Origin: Trichosphaerium sp. ATCC 40318
Lineage: Eukaryota > Protista > Tubulinea
Assembly: GCA_038496445.1 (NCBI GenBank)
Contig: JALMLS010000143.1
Location: 62,001 to 126,000, forward strand
Length of the DNA: 64,000 bases
Reading direction: 5' to 3'
Shown here: positions 52,771-64,000 of the stretch, piece after piece
Position numbering within the stretch: the stretch's first letter is position 1
Layout of the letters: every line of letters begins with the position of its first letter
The notes under the pieces: generated by a model
What the model was told of the DNA's origin: nothing
Database searches by the model: none
Seen by the model: the letters and a program-made list of their open reading frames with translations, nothing else
Program-made: the position numbers and the translations under genes

Positions 52771-54607
52771 ATGGCAACAACATCTACTTTTACGCACTTA
52801 GAAAGCACTGGAAACCAAGAAAAGGTCCCACATGATAAATTGATAAAACTATGTCCAAAAACAGGTCTACCTCTTGTAGCACGCTACGACTTGGCGAAAG
52901 CAAAAACAATATTAACAAAAGAGTTTTTGGCAAACTGCAAGGACTATTCCATATGGCGTTATGAGGCTGTACTTCCTGTACGTGGCATGAAAATACTGCA
53001 TATGTGACACTGCAGAACGCCAAAAACTTTTGACACGTGACATGACATTTGACTACCACTTTACTACTGATCACGTGATAAATTGTTTGAAGGTGTTAAA
53101 CCAGTTTCGTTTTTAGGTACTTCAAAAGAAGCATATTGTCACCCTTGTACGATAATTAATACGTTACTTTATCGGTTAATTCAGCACAAAGGGAGAAGGA
53201 TGGACGCGTTTACACGCTTGTAAGCGCCTTGGAGACTCAATTGGATGCCCAAACACTTACATAAAAGATGAGGGTACAAACCCAACAGGATCTTTTAAAG
53301 CTAGAGGTCTTTGTCTTGCTGTGCGCCTCCGTTATTTCCTCTATTGTTAACACGGTATAAGGTATCAAAGGCGCACGAACTTGGCGCAAAGTCATTCGTT
53401 ATACCAAGCGCTGGAAACGCTGCAGGAGCGCTAAGGTATGCTATTGTTTTAGTTATTATGTTAACAGCAAGAAGCGCTTATGGTGCAGTTTGCGGTATAC
53501 CTGTGAATGTATTCATGCCAAAAGATGTTCCAGAACCTTTTATTGTTGAGTGTGCTACTCTAGGTAAGCCAAACAAAGAAGCTCTTTGAATGATAAACAA
53601 TATTAGGAGCAAAAGTCACTTTAATCGAAGGATTGATAACAGACTGTGGAAAAGCTGCAAAAGCTGGGATCGCTGAACATGGATGGTACATAAAATTACG
53701 TATCGTATCCTGCGTAATTGGTTAATTAAAGGTTTGATGTGAGCACTCTGAAAGAGCCATATCGTATCGAAGGTGAAAAGCATTTTTTGGTTTTGGAATA
53801 ACTTCTCATTGTGCTAAAGGGAAGAAAACAATGGGATACGAAATCGCCGAACAATTCAACTGGGAACTTCCCGATGTAATCATTTATCCAACTGGTGGTG
53901 GTACCGGTCTTATTGGCATGTGGAAGGCATTTAAAGAACTCAAGGAAATGGGTGTAGGCTCTTTCAAAAGCACGTGGTCATGACGGTTTTCTTATTTTTT
54001 TCTAGATGCTTGCCAGCGATAAAATGCCTCGTATGGTCTCTGTTCAAGCTGATGGATGTGCGCCTATAGTAAGAGAATATTTATAGCCTTATAGTAGTTT
54101 ATTAATCGCAGATAGATTAAAGCCTTTAACGAGGGAAAGAAAAACGCCGAAATGTGGCAAAATGCTCATACCAGTACGTTGTATTTCAAGCAATTCTTGT
54201 TGACATGTCTTTTTAGTGGCAAGTGGTTTGCGTGTTCCTGCAGCTATAGGAGATTTTATGATATTGAATGCTCTTAGAGAAAGTAAAGGAACTGCAGTAG
54301 CTGTCAGTGATGCTGAAATGTTGAAGTATACAAACGAAATTGGTATGACTTTTCTTCACCCAGTCGACTTATCTATTCAAAGGTAAATATACTGGTATCT
54401 TTGCATGTCCAGAAGGTGGTGCCGTTCTTGCTGCTCAAGTTCAATTGATTAAAAAGGGATGGATAAAGCCTGAAGAGAAAGTAGTTCTGTTCAATACCGG
54501 TTCGTATTCAAAAAAACACGTTCTTTGCTCTTGTTGTTGATTTGTTCTTAGGTACCGGAATAAAGTACTTTGATTGTTTGAAGCCACTAGTACAAGGATT
54601 GGAATAG
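52771..54607 (+). CDS. Threonine synthase-like PLP enzyme (fold type II)
   Basis: SIWRYEAVLP, TLGEGWT, KDEGTNPTGSFKARG (PLP Lys), SAGNAAGAL, EGKKTMGYE, PTGGGTGL, FNTGTGIKY. Confidence 0.92.
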
Positions 54608-55181
54608 ATTGTATTGAAACCTTCCAGAACAAACCTACCACCCCACTAAGAGAAACGCTTAATAAAAAACACTTCCAAACATGTAGCAATAACCAGAGTT
54701 GTGTCACTACAAGAAAAACTTTGGTACCAGCTCAAAGTTTTCAGACGACTCAGGTCACTTGTAGCTCGCTTGAGCTTTGCTGTGTTATTAAGGCGCTATT
54801 GTACGCTGCCAATGGTATACACAGTTGTAGCTAGTTGTTAGGTGAATATTACCTATATTCTTATTATTCATATTATTCAATAGAAGAACATTTGAGTGCA
54901 TTAACAAAAAAGCCCTACAAGTGATGTTTAGCATAGGTACAGTGTGTTGTGTAGTGATGACGTGTACAATTTGTGAATTTTTTTAACTTGCAAACGCTAC
55001 AAAACACGTGTTGTGAAACTTTTTGACAAATAAATTCCATCTGAAAGCAGTTATACGTTGCCAATGGTAGGTATTGACATAAAATGGGCACTGTTAAGTG
55101 GCCCTTTAAGTCTTGATCACTTTTGGATACACAGTTTTAGCAACAATAACGTGACACCCATCAAAAGGAATATCAATTCGA

Positions 55182-56637
55182 ATGGCTTGGCTAGAAAGAC
55201 GTCAAAAAAACATAGTATTCTCTAAAGGTAAACTAACCGTTACTCAATAGACCCACTGCAGTTTTTAACCCATTTTAGGTCCTGATGGCTCACAAGATGG
55301 CCGTTTAATAAAGTATACTTTCCAAATGCCTGTACGTAACGACCAACGCGGTAGTAATGTATTACTGCGAGCACAAACAATTCCTTTCGTTTTTGGATGA
55401 AAAATGAAACCAAACCGCCTACTACGCACAAAAAACAAATACTGCACCTCTTACACTCTTCTCGATATAGACTGGATTAGTAGGATCAGAACCAAGACAA
55501 TTTTACGTCTACAGCCCTTGGAAGTGCTATCCGCGCGATGCGCCACAAGCAAAGTACAATAAAATACCAAACGTAAGCCCTATTACCAAAATAAGTTGTT
55601 TTCTAAAATAGGACTGATTATCATTTGTTTTAGTTTCCTTGCGTTTTTCTATTTCATGGCACCAACCAAGATGCCATAAATTCTTCTTTGTATTCTCAGA
55701 AAGGTCGCAAACAAAGCTGGCAAGAGTTAGCAGATGAGAAACAGATAATCCTTGTATTTGGAGGCACGCACTTCGTACTTGATATTTTTTGGGATCCTTG
55801 TTTCTTTCAGAAACGACTTGTGGAGCTGACTAGTTTTTGAATTTATAGAATCCAAGTCATGGCCTGTACCTTACTGGCAGGAGAAAACTGAAGCTGTATG
55901 GCAACCTTACGATATTTCTTATGTTAAGGTTATATTTGAACATGTCAAAACTCAGTACTTTATCGATGAAGGTACGTACTTGAAAACAAAAAAAAAACTG
56001 AAAACCTCTTTTCCCTTACGATTTTTTAGCACGTGTTTATGGCGTTGGTCACTCGAACGGAGGTCTTTTCATATCAGAGCTTGTAACATCATGCCCACAC
56101 ATGTTCGGAGCTGTAGCAAATCATATGGTACCACGTGTTACGTAACTCTTCATTGCTGACTTTTTTTTTTCCAAGGGCGGATTAGAAGTTCTGAAAGACG
56201 AAGCGCTTGAAGTTCAGACTCAACAGATTGCCTCTGTCCCAAGAAAAACACCCATGCTTATATTTACCTCTAATATTGAGGATAACAGACGTTATTGTTA
56301 TAACGCTAAAAAGACCTTTGAAGAGAATGGATATGCTGTAGATTTTAAAGAAATCGGTCATGTTGTACATGGGTATGTAGACGAAAGGACAAAGATACTG
56401 TGGGAGTATCTATCAACACAGAAAAACGAAACCAAAGAGGTAGCAGATGAACCAGTGGCAGAAAACAACGAAGAGGTACAAGCACCAACAGGCGATGGAG
56501 AAGCTGCAGATGATACTGCAACAACCGAAGCTGAAGTTAAAGAACAGGCTGATGCTCCAGCACAAGATGCAAGCAATGATGAAGGCGATGACGTACCTAC
56601 TGAAGATACAGAATCAGATTTAGTTGTAGAGCAATAA
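55182..56637 (+). CDS. Esterase (PHB depolymerase/LpqC-like alpha/beta hydrolase) with acidic tail
   Basis: RQFYVYSP, HG motif, DISYVKVIFEHV..YFIDE, RVYGVGHSNGGLF (GxSxG). Start approximate. Confidence 0.7.
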
Positions 56638-57094
56638 TAACCTATATTGTCCCCTTGACGTTCTTGAAACTCGTCTCTGGCAAAAAACTTTGCTAACCCA
56701 AAGAAATTAAAAAAATAGTAGGAATATAGGTTTATTGCTGGTTTGTCACGTGATAGTAATCAGTAAATGACGTGAAACGCGCTAACCCCTCTTCATAGAA
56801 CGCAACCACAGCTTGGATAATCCACAATGCTATTTGTCCATTTCAATCTTTTACAGTTTATCGCACTGTATAACGGTTTCAAGTATTGTTTTTTTGCTGA
56901 GCTCATTACCGATAGTATTCACGTGAACAAATAAACTGCAATTGTCTAAAACATACCATAAATCATTTACTGATACAGAGTAACAATATAAACCTCCAGT
57001 GCAGTGTGAGTTCACTAGTGAACTAATGAATTTTAAGCCAGTGTGTACACATATCAAAACTATAATTACAACAAAGCATCAAAGCATCAAAGCC

Positions 57095-58389
57095 ATGTTT
57101 TCAAGGCACTGGGCATATTTTTAATACTCTTACACTATTTAGATCTTTCTCACGCGCTGCCACTGTAAACGCTTTGCGATATCTATCCAGAGGCGCCCGA
57201 TACGCATCAACCGAGAGTAAAGCAGTAGCTGATGCTGTTAAACCGATTCCTGAACTAAGCCCGTTGGTTAAATACGGTTTTAGCATTTTCGCTCCATTTG
57301 CGTTTATAGGTGCGATTTACGGCGTTTTTACACATGTATTGACATTTTGCGATTTTAGGGGCTATAGCTGGTGTCAGTTCTATCGCAATCGTCCCAGCAG
57401 GCCATGTAGGTGTTTACGACCTATTTGGAAAGGTTGATGAAAATCCTTTAATGCCTGGGTTTCATTTAAAGAATCCTTTTGCTGCAGTACGTACAATAAC
57501 ACCGCTCGAACCATGCAACTGTTCAAACAAATGCATTGGGTGTCAACTCAAACTCACTTTTTATTTTTAGGTTCACAAGTTTTCAGTAAAAACTCAAAAA
57601 CTTTCAACTTCTTCCGACGTACCATCAAAAGAAGGACTCGTAGTACACTTAGAAGTTAGTACACTATTCAAGCTTGATCCTACGTACGTAATAAGAAGTG
57701 GAATTCTAAAAGTACATGACTAATGATCAACTTAGAAAGGTTGTACAACTTTACCAAAAAGTTGGAACGAAGTATGTTGATACAATCCTTAAACCTCAGT
57801 TTTTCTCAGCTGTGAGACAAGTCACGTCAGCTTTTGAAGCTAAAGCTTTATACACAGCAGAAACAAGGTATTGTTACCCTCTTTTGGGATGTAAACTCAG
57901 TCTCTTCTGACACGTGCATTTAGGTTAACAATGGGAAAACAATTGACTGAACTTGTCAAGGATATTGTTAAAGATAGAGGCATTATAGTTGAAGATACAC
58001 CTTTGAGAGAGATTATACTACCTGCTGGAGTAGTACGTTATAGATTTAAACACTTCTATTTGCAAAAAAAGCGACCAAGTCGGATGGAGGAGAACTAACA
58101 AAGAGCTCCTTTTATTATCACAACTAATTTAATGTGTATTGAGCTTTATGCCAACTACCATTTATAAGGTCAGTTTTTCCTAACTTGTGTTTTTTTCTTA
58201 GAAAGAAAAGCAATTGAAGCTCAGGGTATTGCCGAGTTTCAAAAGATCGTTGCTGAAGGTGTTTCAGAACAACTATTAAAATGGAAAGGTATTGAAGCAA
58301 CAGAGCACTTAGCAATGTCTCCAAACACAAAAATTGTTGTAGTTGGCGGTACTGATGGTCTACCACTTATTTTTAACTCAAACTCATAA
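57095..58389 (+). CDS. SPFH/band 7 (prohibitin-like) protein, apparently missing an internal exon
   Basis: IVPAGHVGVYDLFGKV..PGFHLKNPF, VPSKEGL, IEAQGIAEFQKIV..LLKWKGIEAT..SPNTKIVVVGG.DGLPLI; phase mismatch across 58033-58201. Confidence 0.85.
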
Positions 58390-58847
58390 TAAAATAAAAC
58401 ATGAACTCACTCGATTGCACACCTTTTTTTTTCTTTGCATTAGCTGCCAACGTTTTGCTTATCTGTAGATCAATGTAGTGAATTCACAAACTACTTTTAA
58501 GAGCCAGATTAGTATCACGGATTTACAAGGATAGCTTTTAGCTCAAAGTGAAACTTATGTTTGTAAATATAAAACAGTTTATTCATATAACAAGATAAGA
58601 TAAAATATCTTTAAAGGTTTGATGAGGGTAGTCAATTTCGTACACGTGTTTTCTCCGTTAGAGACGTTTGGGTAAGACTTGGTATGACTCACATAAATCA
58701 ACTACAAACGCCTACAACGTGTATTATACAGAACATGGCGAGCAGCAATCACATCCCACCCAAAAATTTCCTTTTCAATTTGTTTTAAAATACTGTAAAA
58801 CTTTCTTTTATTTTCCAAGTGTTTCTTGTATAATAGATAACAAATGC

Positions 58848-60670
58848 TTAGCGCTGCGCTAGAGCCACAAGACATTTTGTCTGCCTCCCAACATCGTCTA
58901 AAGTTCTTGGCTAGTTGAGAAGAGAGTAGTATTAGTGTTATAACTCTAATGTGTCATTGTCAAGTTTTCTACCCACATTTTTTTTCATTTCGAGAATATC
59001 CAGAATTTCTTTTTCGTGCTTAGTAGCTTTAAGCAATGACTTAACATCTTCAGAACTTGCTTGATTTGACTTGAGAAGTGATTTAATATCCTCTATCGTG
59101 TCCCTCTTGGATGCTAAAACGCCTGTACCAGCTAGGGGAAGCCAAGTAAGGGCGTACCAAGCCATGCTCGGTTTCTTCTTTGCAACTACATCACAAAGAG
59201 CCGAGAACTTTTGCTGATAGCAGTAATCGAGCCTCTCATATGCAAGTAAAAGGTCTCCTGAAAGATTCACCAGGTAACCGTTTTTTTTCTTGCATAGTAG
59301 CATACGTTTTTTGTAGTTCTTCAAGCTGTTTTAACATATATTGAGGAGATCCAAGTGATATTGTTGATTCTGGCGGATTCTTCATTTTTTCTAGGATTTC
59401 CTTAAACATTATCTTGCCTGTAATAAACACTATTAACAAACGAAAAAGTGTTTACTCTTGATTGATACCTTGGCACGATTCAGCCCTCTTTCTAATCGGA
59501 ACATGATCCGGGTGTCCGAGGCATTCCAAGTAATGATATTTTATTGTTTTATGTTGCATTTCGTGACCTTTGATGGCAAGCGCTTGATAATTATTGGGGT
59601 GCTTGCTTATCAAGCGATAAACCCAGTTTAGGTCGTTCAAATTCTTTAAACGCACGTTTGAACCGTTTATCATTATGAGAACATAGTTCGCACTTATGAT
59701 ACCGTGTTTGGAAAGAATATCCCACCATTCATCCGAATTGTTGTCCAATCCTGGTGTGTCGACAATCTCGACCATGGGGTTGGTCCTCAAAGTGCCGATG
59801 GTGCAGCCTTTAGACTCCTCGGGATCAACATCAGGAGGGTGGTCGCCCTTGCCTTGCGTTAAGAAGTTAAACATCGTTGTTTTACCACAACCGCTTGAAC
59901 CAATCAATACCACTCGTTTCTTTGCAAGCTTTGTGTCGTATAGCTTTTTTGCGTGGTCAAGAGCGATTTTAGCATCCTACAAAACAAAAACGGTTGGACG
60001 TTTATAAAATACCCGCTTTACGGTACAATTACTTACCTTTATGGCGTTTTGTTCAGATGTTCGGATAACTGTGTAGTAATCCTGCCACTGTTTTTCTGAC
60101 CCAACAAATAGAAATTCTTTCTTGTTTACGTAAACAATGACGAAAGCTCTATCTGCTTCATCTTTTTTAAGGGCAGTTCCTACAAAAAAAGTTCGTTATT
60201 GATACAGTTCCTTTGTAACTTTTGTTTCAAATGACCATACCTGTTAGCTCTAGTTCTGTAGGCGCGCGGATTTCTTCAATGAGCTCCCACCACAGTAGCG
60301 CTACAAATTCGTTCTGCTTTAGTGTAGCCAATATAATAACATCTCCCATGAAGATTGCTTTGTACTCCTTCGTGCCATGTTTGTTTACTAATAAAACTTT
60401 TTCTTCCCTGTGCCACAGTTAGGAACTGGATACTCTGTGAACAACTTACCAACTTGCTGTTCTCGCTACATTGCCAAGAGCACCGAGCTAGGGATAAACG
60501 TATTAGAGTGATAGCAGTAGAAGTAAACGAACGTTTGTAGGTAGGTTCTTTATGTCACTTTTTAGCTCAGTAGCTGGTACGCTCTGAGGCTCTGCCATGA
60601 TGTACTTGGTGTCAAATAAATGAACGAAATTTAGTCTTTGAAAATCGTTTATCTGGTCTAGGTAGGTCAT
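58848..60670 (-). CDS. P-loop GTPase (AIG1/MMR_HSR1-like G domain) with coiled-coil C-terminus, multi-exon
   Basis: VVLIGSSGCGKTT (G1), GCT (G2), IVDTPGLD (G3); apparent 1-nt frameshift near 59281-59312. Confidence 0.8.
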
Positions 60671-62065
60671 CGTTTTTTGCTAAATTAAATTGCTCTAATA
60701 CACGTGTTCCTATACAATGTATGTCATGTGCAATTTCTAAATTGGTTTTGGTACAATAAAATCACAGATACGAGACCATCACATGCAACTATTAAACGTT
60801 GGTGGCCAGTACAGCAACCGAAACTGAGGAGAGGTTATTTTTCATTTGCAATGATGCTATTTGCAATGCCAAGAGCTTTATTTCTTTTTAGACTATTTTT
60901 AATTAGCGCTTCATTCCATCTTGTGCAATCTACATTCATTCCCCGAAACTAGATTGTGCATTCGGGTATGATTGTTCAAAATAACTACGTTATAATAGTA
61001 GTTGATGCCTTGTATCTCTAAACTCTTGTTATTTTTCAGAATGAATTAATTTTCAAAATCTGTTGGAAAGGTAATAACTACAGTTAAAGGTATTAACGAA
61101 TCATTCAGCTTATAGTATTTCATTGTTTGCACAAGCAATAAAATTCCATGTCTGGCCAGTCAGTGGGTTGTGGTGATTGTAAAAAATGGCAAAAAGACGC
61201 GGTTTTACCGTTTCTTCCACTCAGACTAGTACGCTACACTAATCGAAATGATCACTCAAATCATCCACAATGAACGATACCAGATCTGGCGGCGCAGCGT
61301 GTGGTGCTTGCTACGACGTCTGACTTGGTACAAGGACAGTTTCTTTGGCGGAGCTAGCTTGCCTTCCAAGCGTAGTCTCTTTCTAAGAGCCTTCCTTTTT
61401 GCGTATATATTGGGGTTTTTCTTGTGAGTCGCGGGCGCTGCAGTCTCCAAAGATTCTAAGAAGACTATCAGCTGGCTTAGAAGCACACCTGACGCTCTCT
61501 TCATTAAGTCATCAAATGACATTAAACCCTCATCAATTGCCTGGAGTAAGCGGTAGACAAGACTTAATATCAGTTGTACACTGAAGAGGAAGAAATTGAA
61601 AGATTGCTCTAAGGAGAGTACTGGAACTATACCAAACATATACATAATACGTTTTTTATTGTGTCTATAAATGTTGCCAAATTTGTTTATAAACCCTTAA
61701 AAAAGCAATCGAAATAAATTGTGGGATACACTTCACAGAAATATCCATTTTAATTACTCAATTATTGATAATGCACATTTACAAACGCTTGTAAACCCTT
61801 GTGGTTGTTACCTTAGGGTGTGAGAACCGTTTTGTCGATTTTTTGGATCGCAACATGTGCTTCTAAACGAGTACTACGTCCGATTTTGGATCGAATTTAA
61901 TTTTAGTTGCTCCACCGCGTTACAACGGTGCTAATAAACATTTGATGCCTTCGTTCTACAATATGCAAAGGACATATGGCGGATATTCGGTGAAATGCGT
62001 TGCAAAGAAAAGTAGAACGACGATACAAATTTGTGAAACGAACTGGTTATTTCTTCCATTTTTAG

Positions 62066-63047
62066 GTTAGCAGATGCTGTTGAAATTGCTGCGAATACTT
62101 TTGTCAAGGTATCATGGTAGACGATAATTTGTAACCGTTAGGTGCATCCATTGGTGGCATGGTAAGTTTCAATACTCGGTTACAGTTACATTACTAACCT
62201 CTTAATATTAGGTAAGTACAAGTTGTAGTGGCCCTAATGCTGTACGTTATGGAACAATGAAAGAAAATGTTTTAAGTTTGAAAGGTGAGCAAGTCTTCAG
62301 ACTTGGGTATTCTAAGCAGTGTTAGTCGTTACTCCTGAAGGACAAACTATATCTACAGGGAAACGTAGTAGGAAAAAGAGCGCAGGGTATAACTTACCAA
62401 CGTTGTATATTGGCGCCGAAGGCACTTTCGGCGTAGTAACAGGCATGTCAACTTATGAACTCTAAAATCGTTTCTTAACACAGTCTCATTGTTCAACTGA
62501 CCTCTTTAAGAATTAACTCTGAGATTACATCCTATTCCTAAATCAAGGTCACTAGTTGTATCTACATATGATACAGTAGGTATGCAATCCCTTGCTTGTT
62601 ACTACAAACCATCCAGTTCTCCTTAAAAGTTGTTTACTTGAGTTTAGATCAGATAGCAAAGGTAGTTTCTACTTGCTTAAAATCTGGTATAAGTGTTGGC
62701 CGTGCTGAGATTATAGACGCTGTACAAGTAAAGGCAATCAATATACACAATGGCTCAGATATGCCAGAAAAAAACACGTTATTTGTTGAATTATCAGGAG
62801 CAACAGGTTCGTTTGCCTGTAGTCTTACTAAACCGGATTCTCATGTAATATAATCTATAGACCAAGTATTATCAGACGCCAAGGCAGTTAAGGCCATTGC
62901 ATCTAATATTAAGGCAACAACAATCAAGCAAGTTGATGAGGTTGCTGAATTTTAAACAAACACATTTCAACTAACGTCTTCCAACTGATAGACAATGCAA
63001 GAGTTGTGGACACTTAGAAAAAGCGCTTATTGGTCATCTCCAAAAAA
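62066..63047 (+). pseudogene. Fragment of FAD-linked D-lactate dehydrogenase/GlcD-like oxidase with exons out of order
   Basis: GASIGGM, SGPNAVRYGTMKENVLSL, KSAGYNL..LYIGAEGTFGVVTELTLRLHPIP, ELWTLRKSAYW; N- and C-terminal parts absent. Confidence 0.8.
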
Positions 63048-64000
63048 GTACATCACCATAGAATACTCATTGCAGCTGAAATCAATGTGACATTTCCAAG
63101 TGATAATTTCTTGAATCCTGTGTACAAGTACCCTCACTATAAACTCAGCCTTAGACTTTCATGCCTTTGCCATAAAACCATGTGCAAAACGCTTTAACTG
63201 ACCACTAGATGGTCGTGTTCCGGCCTAGCTTAGCCGGCTACCAAAATCTGTAGCCTGTTAACCTACAGCTAAGAAACTCAGCAACCAAATTTGTAACCAG
63301 CAAACCGTTTGCAAATGTGAGATTTGGTGTTGTACCGTGGCACCACCATGCTTTTGTTAAGTTTTACATGCTCTTTGATACAGTATTAAGAAAATGCAAA
63401 AAAGGTTTGAGTCTCCCTTATTTTTCTTAGCCGATAGCCGTTCCATTTGGGCCAAAAACTCAAATGGCAAACCGGCGATTACTTTTTATCTTGCAAGCAG
63501 AAACTGACATAAATAAATATCCACACATATGGGTAAAGCGTTCGAGGGAGTATAATCAAAATTTAAAGGGTAAATTTTCAGTTACTCGTACAGCTAGCGC
63601 TAGACGAAAACTGTGGGTTATGTAATCCACTGAGTTGCGTGTGCTCAGGAGGTTGAAATGGTTATTCGAGGGCGAAGAAAAAGCAAAAAAGTCACGTGCG
63701 ATTCCAAATTATTATCACGCTATCTCAATGACCAATAGAATGCGAGCGAGAGTGAAATATGTAACACATCTCCACGGAGTGTGATTCCTTGTAAACGGAG
63801 ATCACTATCTCACGTGAATAAATAAGATAACTGCTCCTCTTCCCGTACTCCTTGGATATAAACCATCACAAGACACAATATTATGCGTTCCGCTTCAAAG
63901 GGTTGTAAAATCGACAATAATACTTGCGAGAGTTTGCTTCAGCTTCCTACAGAGATATTAGCACATATCTTGTGTCAAACAACCAAATCACGATTTGCAG

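Noticed and set aside
61256-61645. 129-aa minus-strand basic ORF
   Set aside because: May be an exon or transposon relic but has no identifiable motif or partner exons.

Overview
Gene-dense, AT-rich eukaryotic (protist-like, possibly amoebozoan; the taxon is inferred) genomic DNA with many short spliceosomal introns (mostly ~35-60 nt; donors GTACGT/GTATGT/GTAAGT plus frequent GCACGT; acceptors TAG/AAG/CAG), which is why the ORF track is fragmented. Exon models were assembled by eye, so internal boundaries are approximate. The first 24 kb holds five LRR receptor-like genes (signal peptide, ~19 LRRs mostly one per phase-2 exon, Cys-rich juxtamembrane region, TM, short tail, no kinase): one inverted copy, four tandem copies that are patchwork mosaics of each other, and one truncated exon-1 remnant. 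The rest holds an alpha/beta hydrolase, a WD40-like/SOCS-box gene whose last intron contains a ~330-nt imperfect hairpin, a CH+LIM protein, tRNA-Thr(UGU), a trypsin-VWD-EGF protein with probable GPI anchor, DCN1-like, HSP20, a 4.2-kb Mutator-like transposon with TIRs and TSD, a gene with a PUA/EVE-like segment, crotonase, threonine synthase-like, esterase, an SPFH gene apparently lacking an exon, an AIG1-like GTPase and an exon-permuted D-lactate dehydrogenase fragment. Best leads: a diversifying LRR receptor array, and structured long introns including a candidate miRNA/hpRNA precursor.
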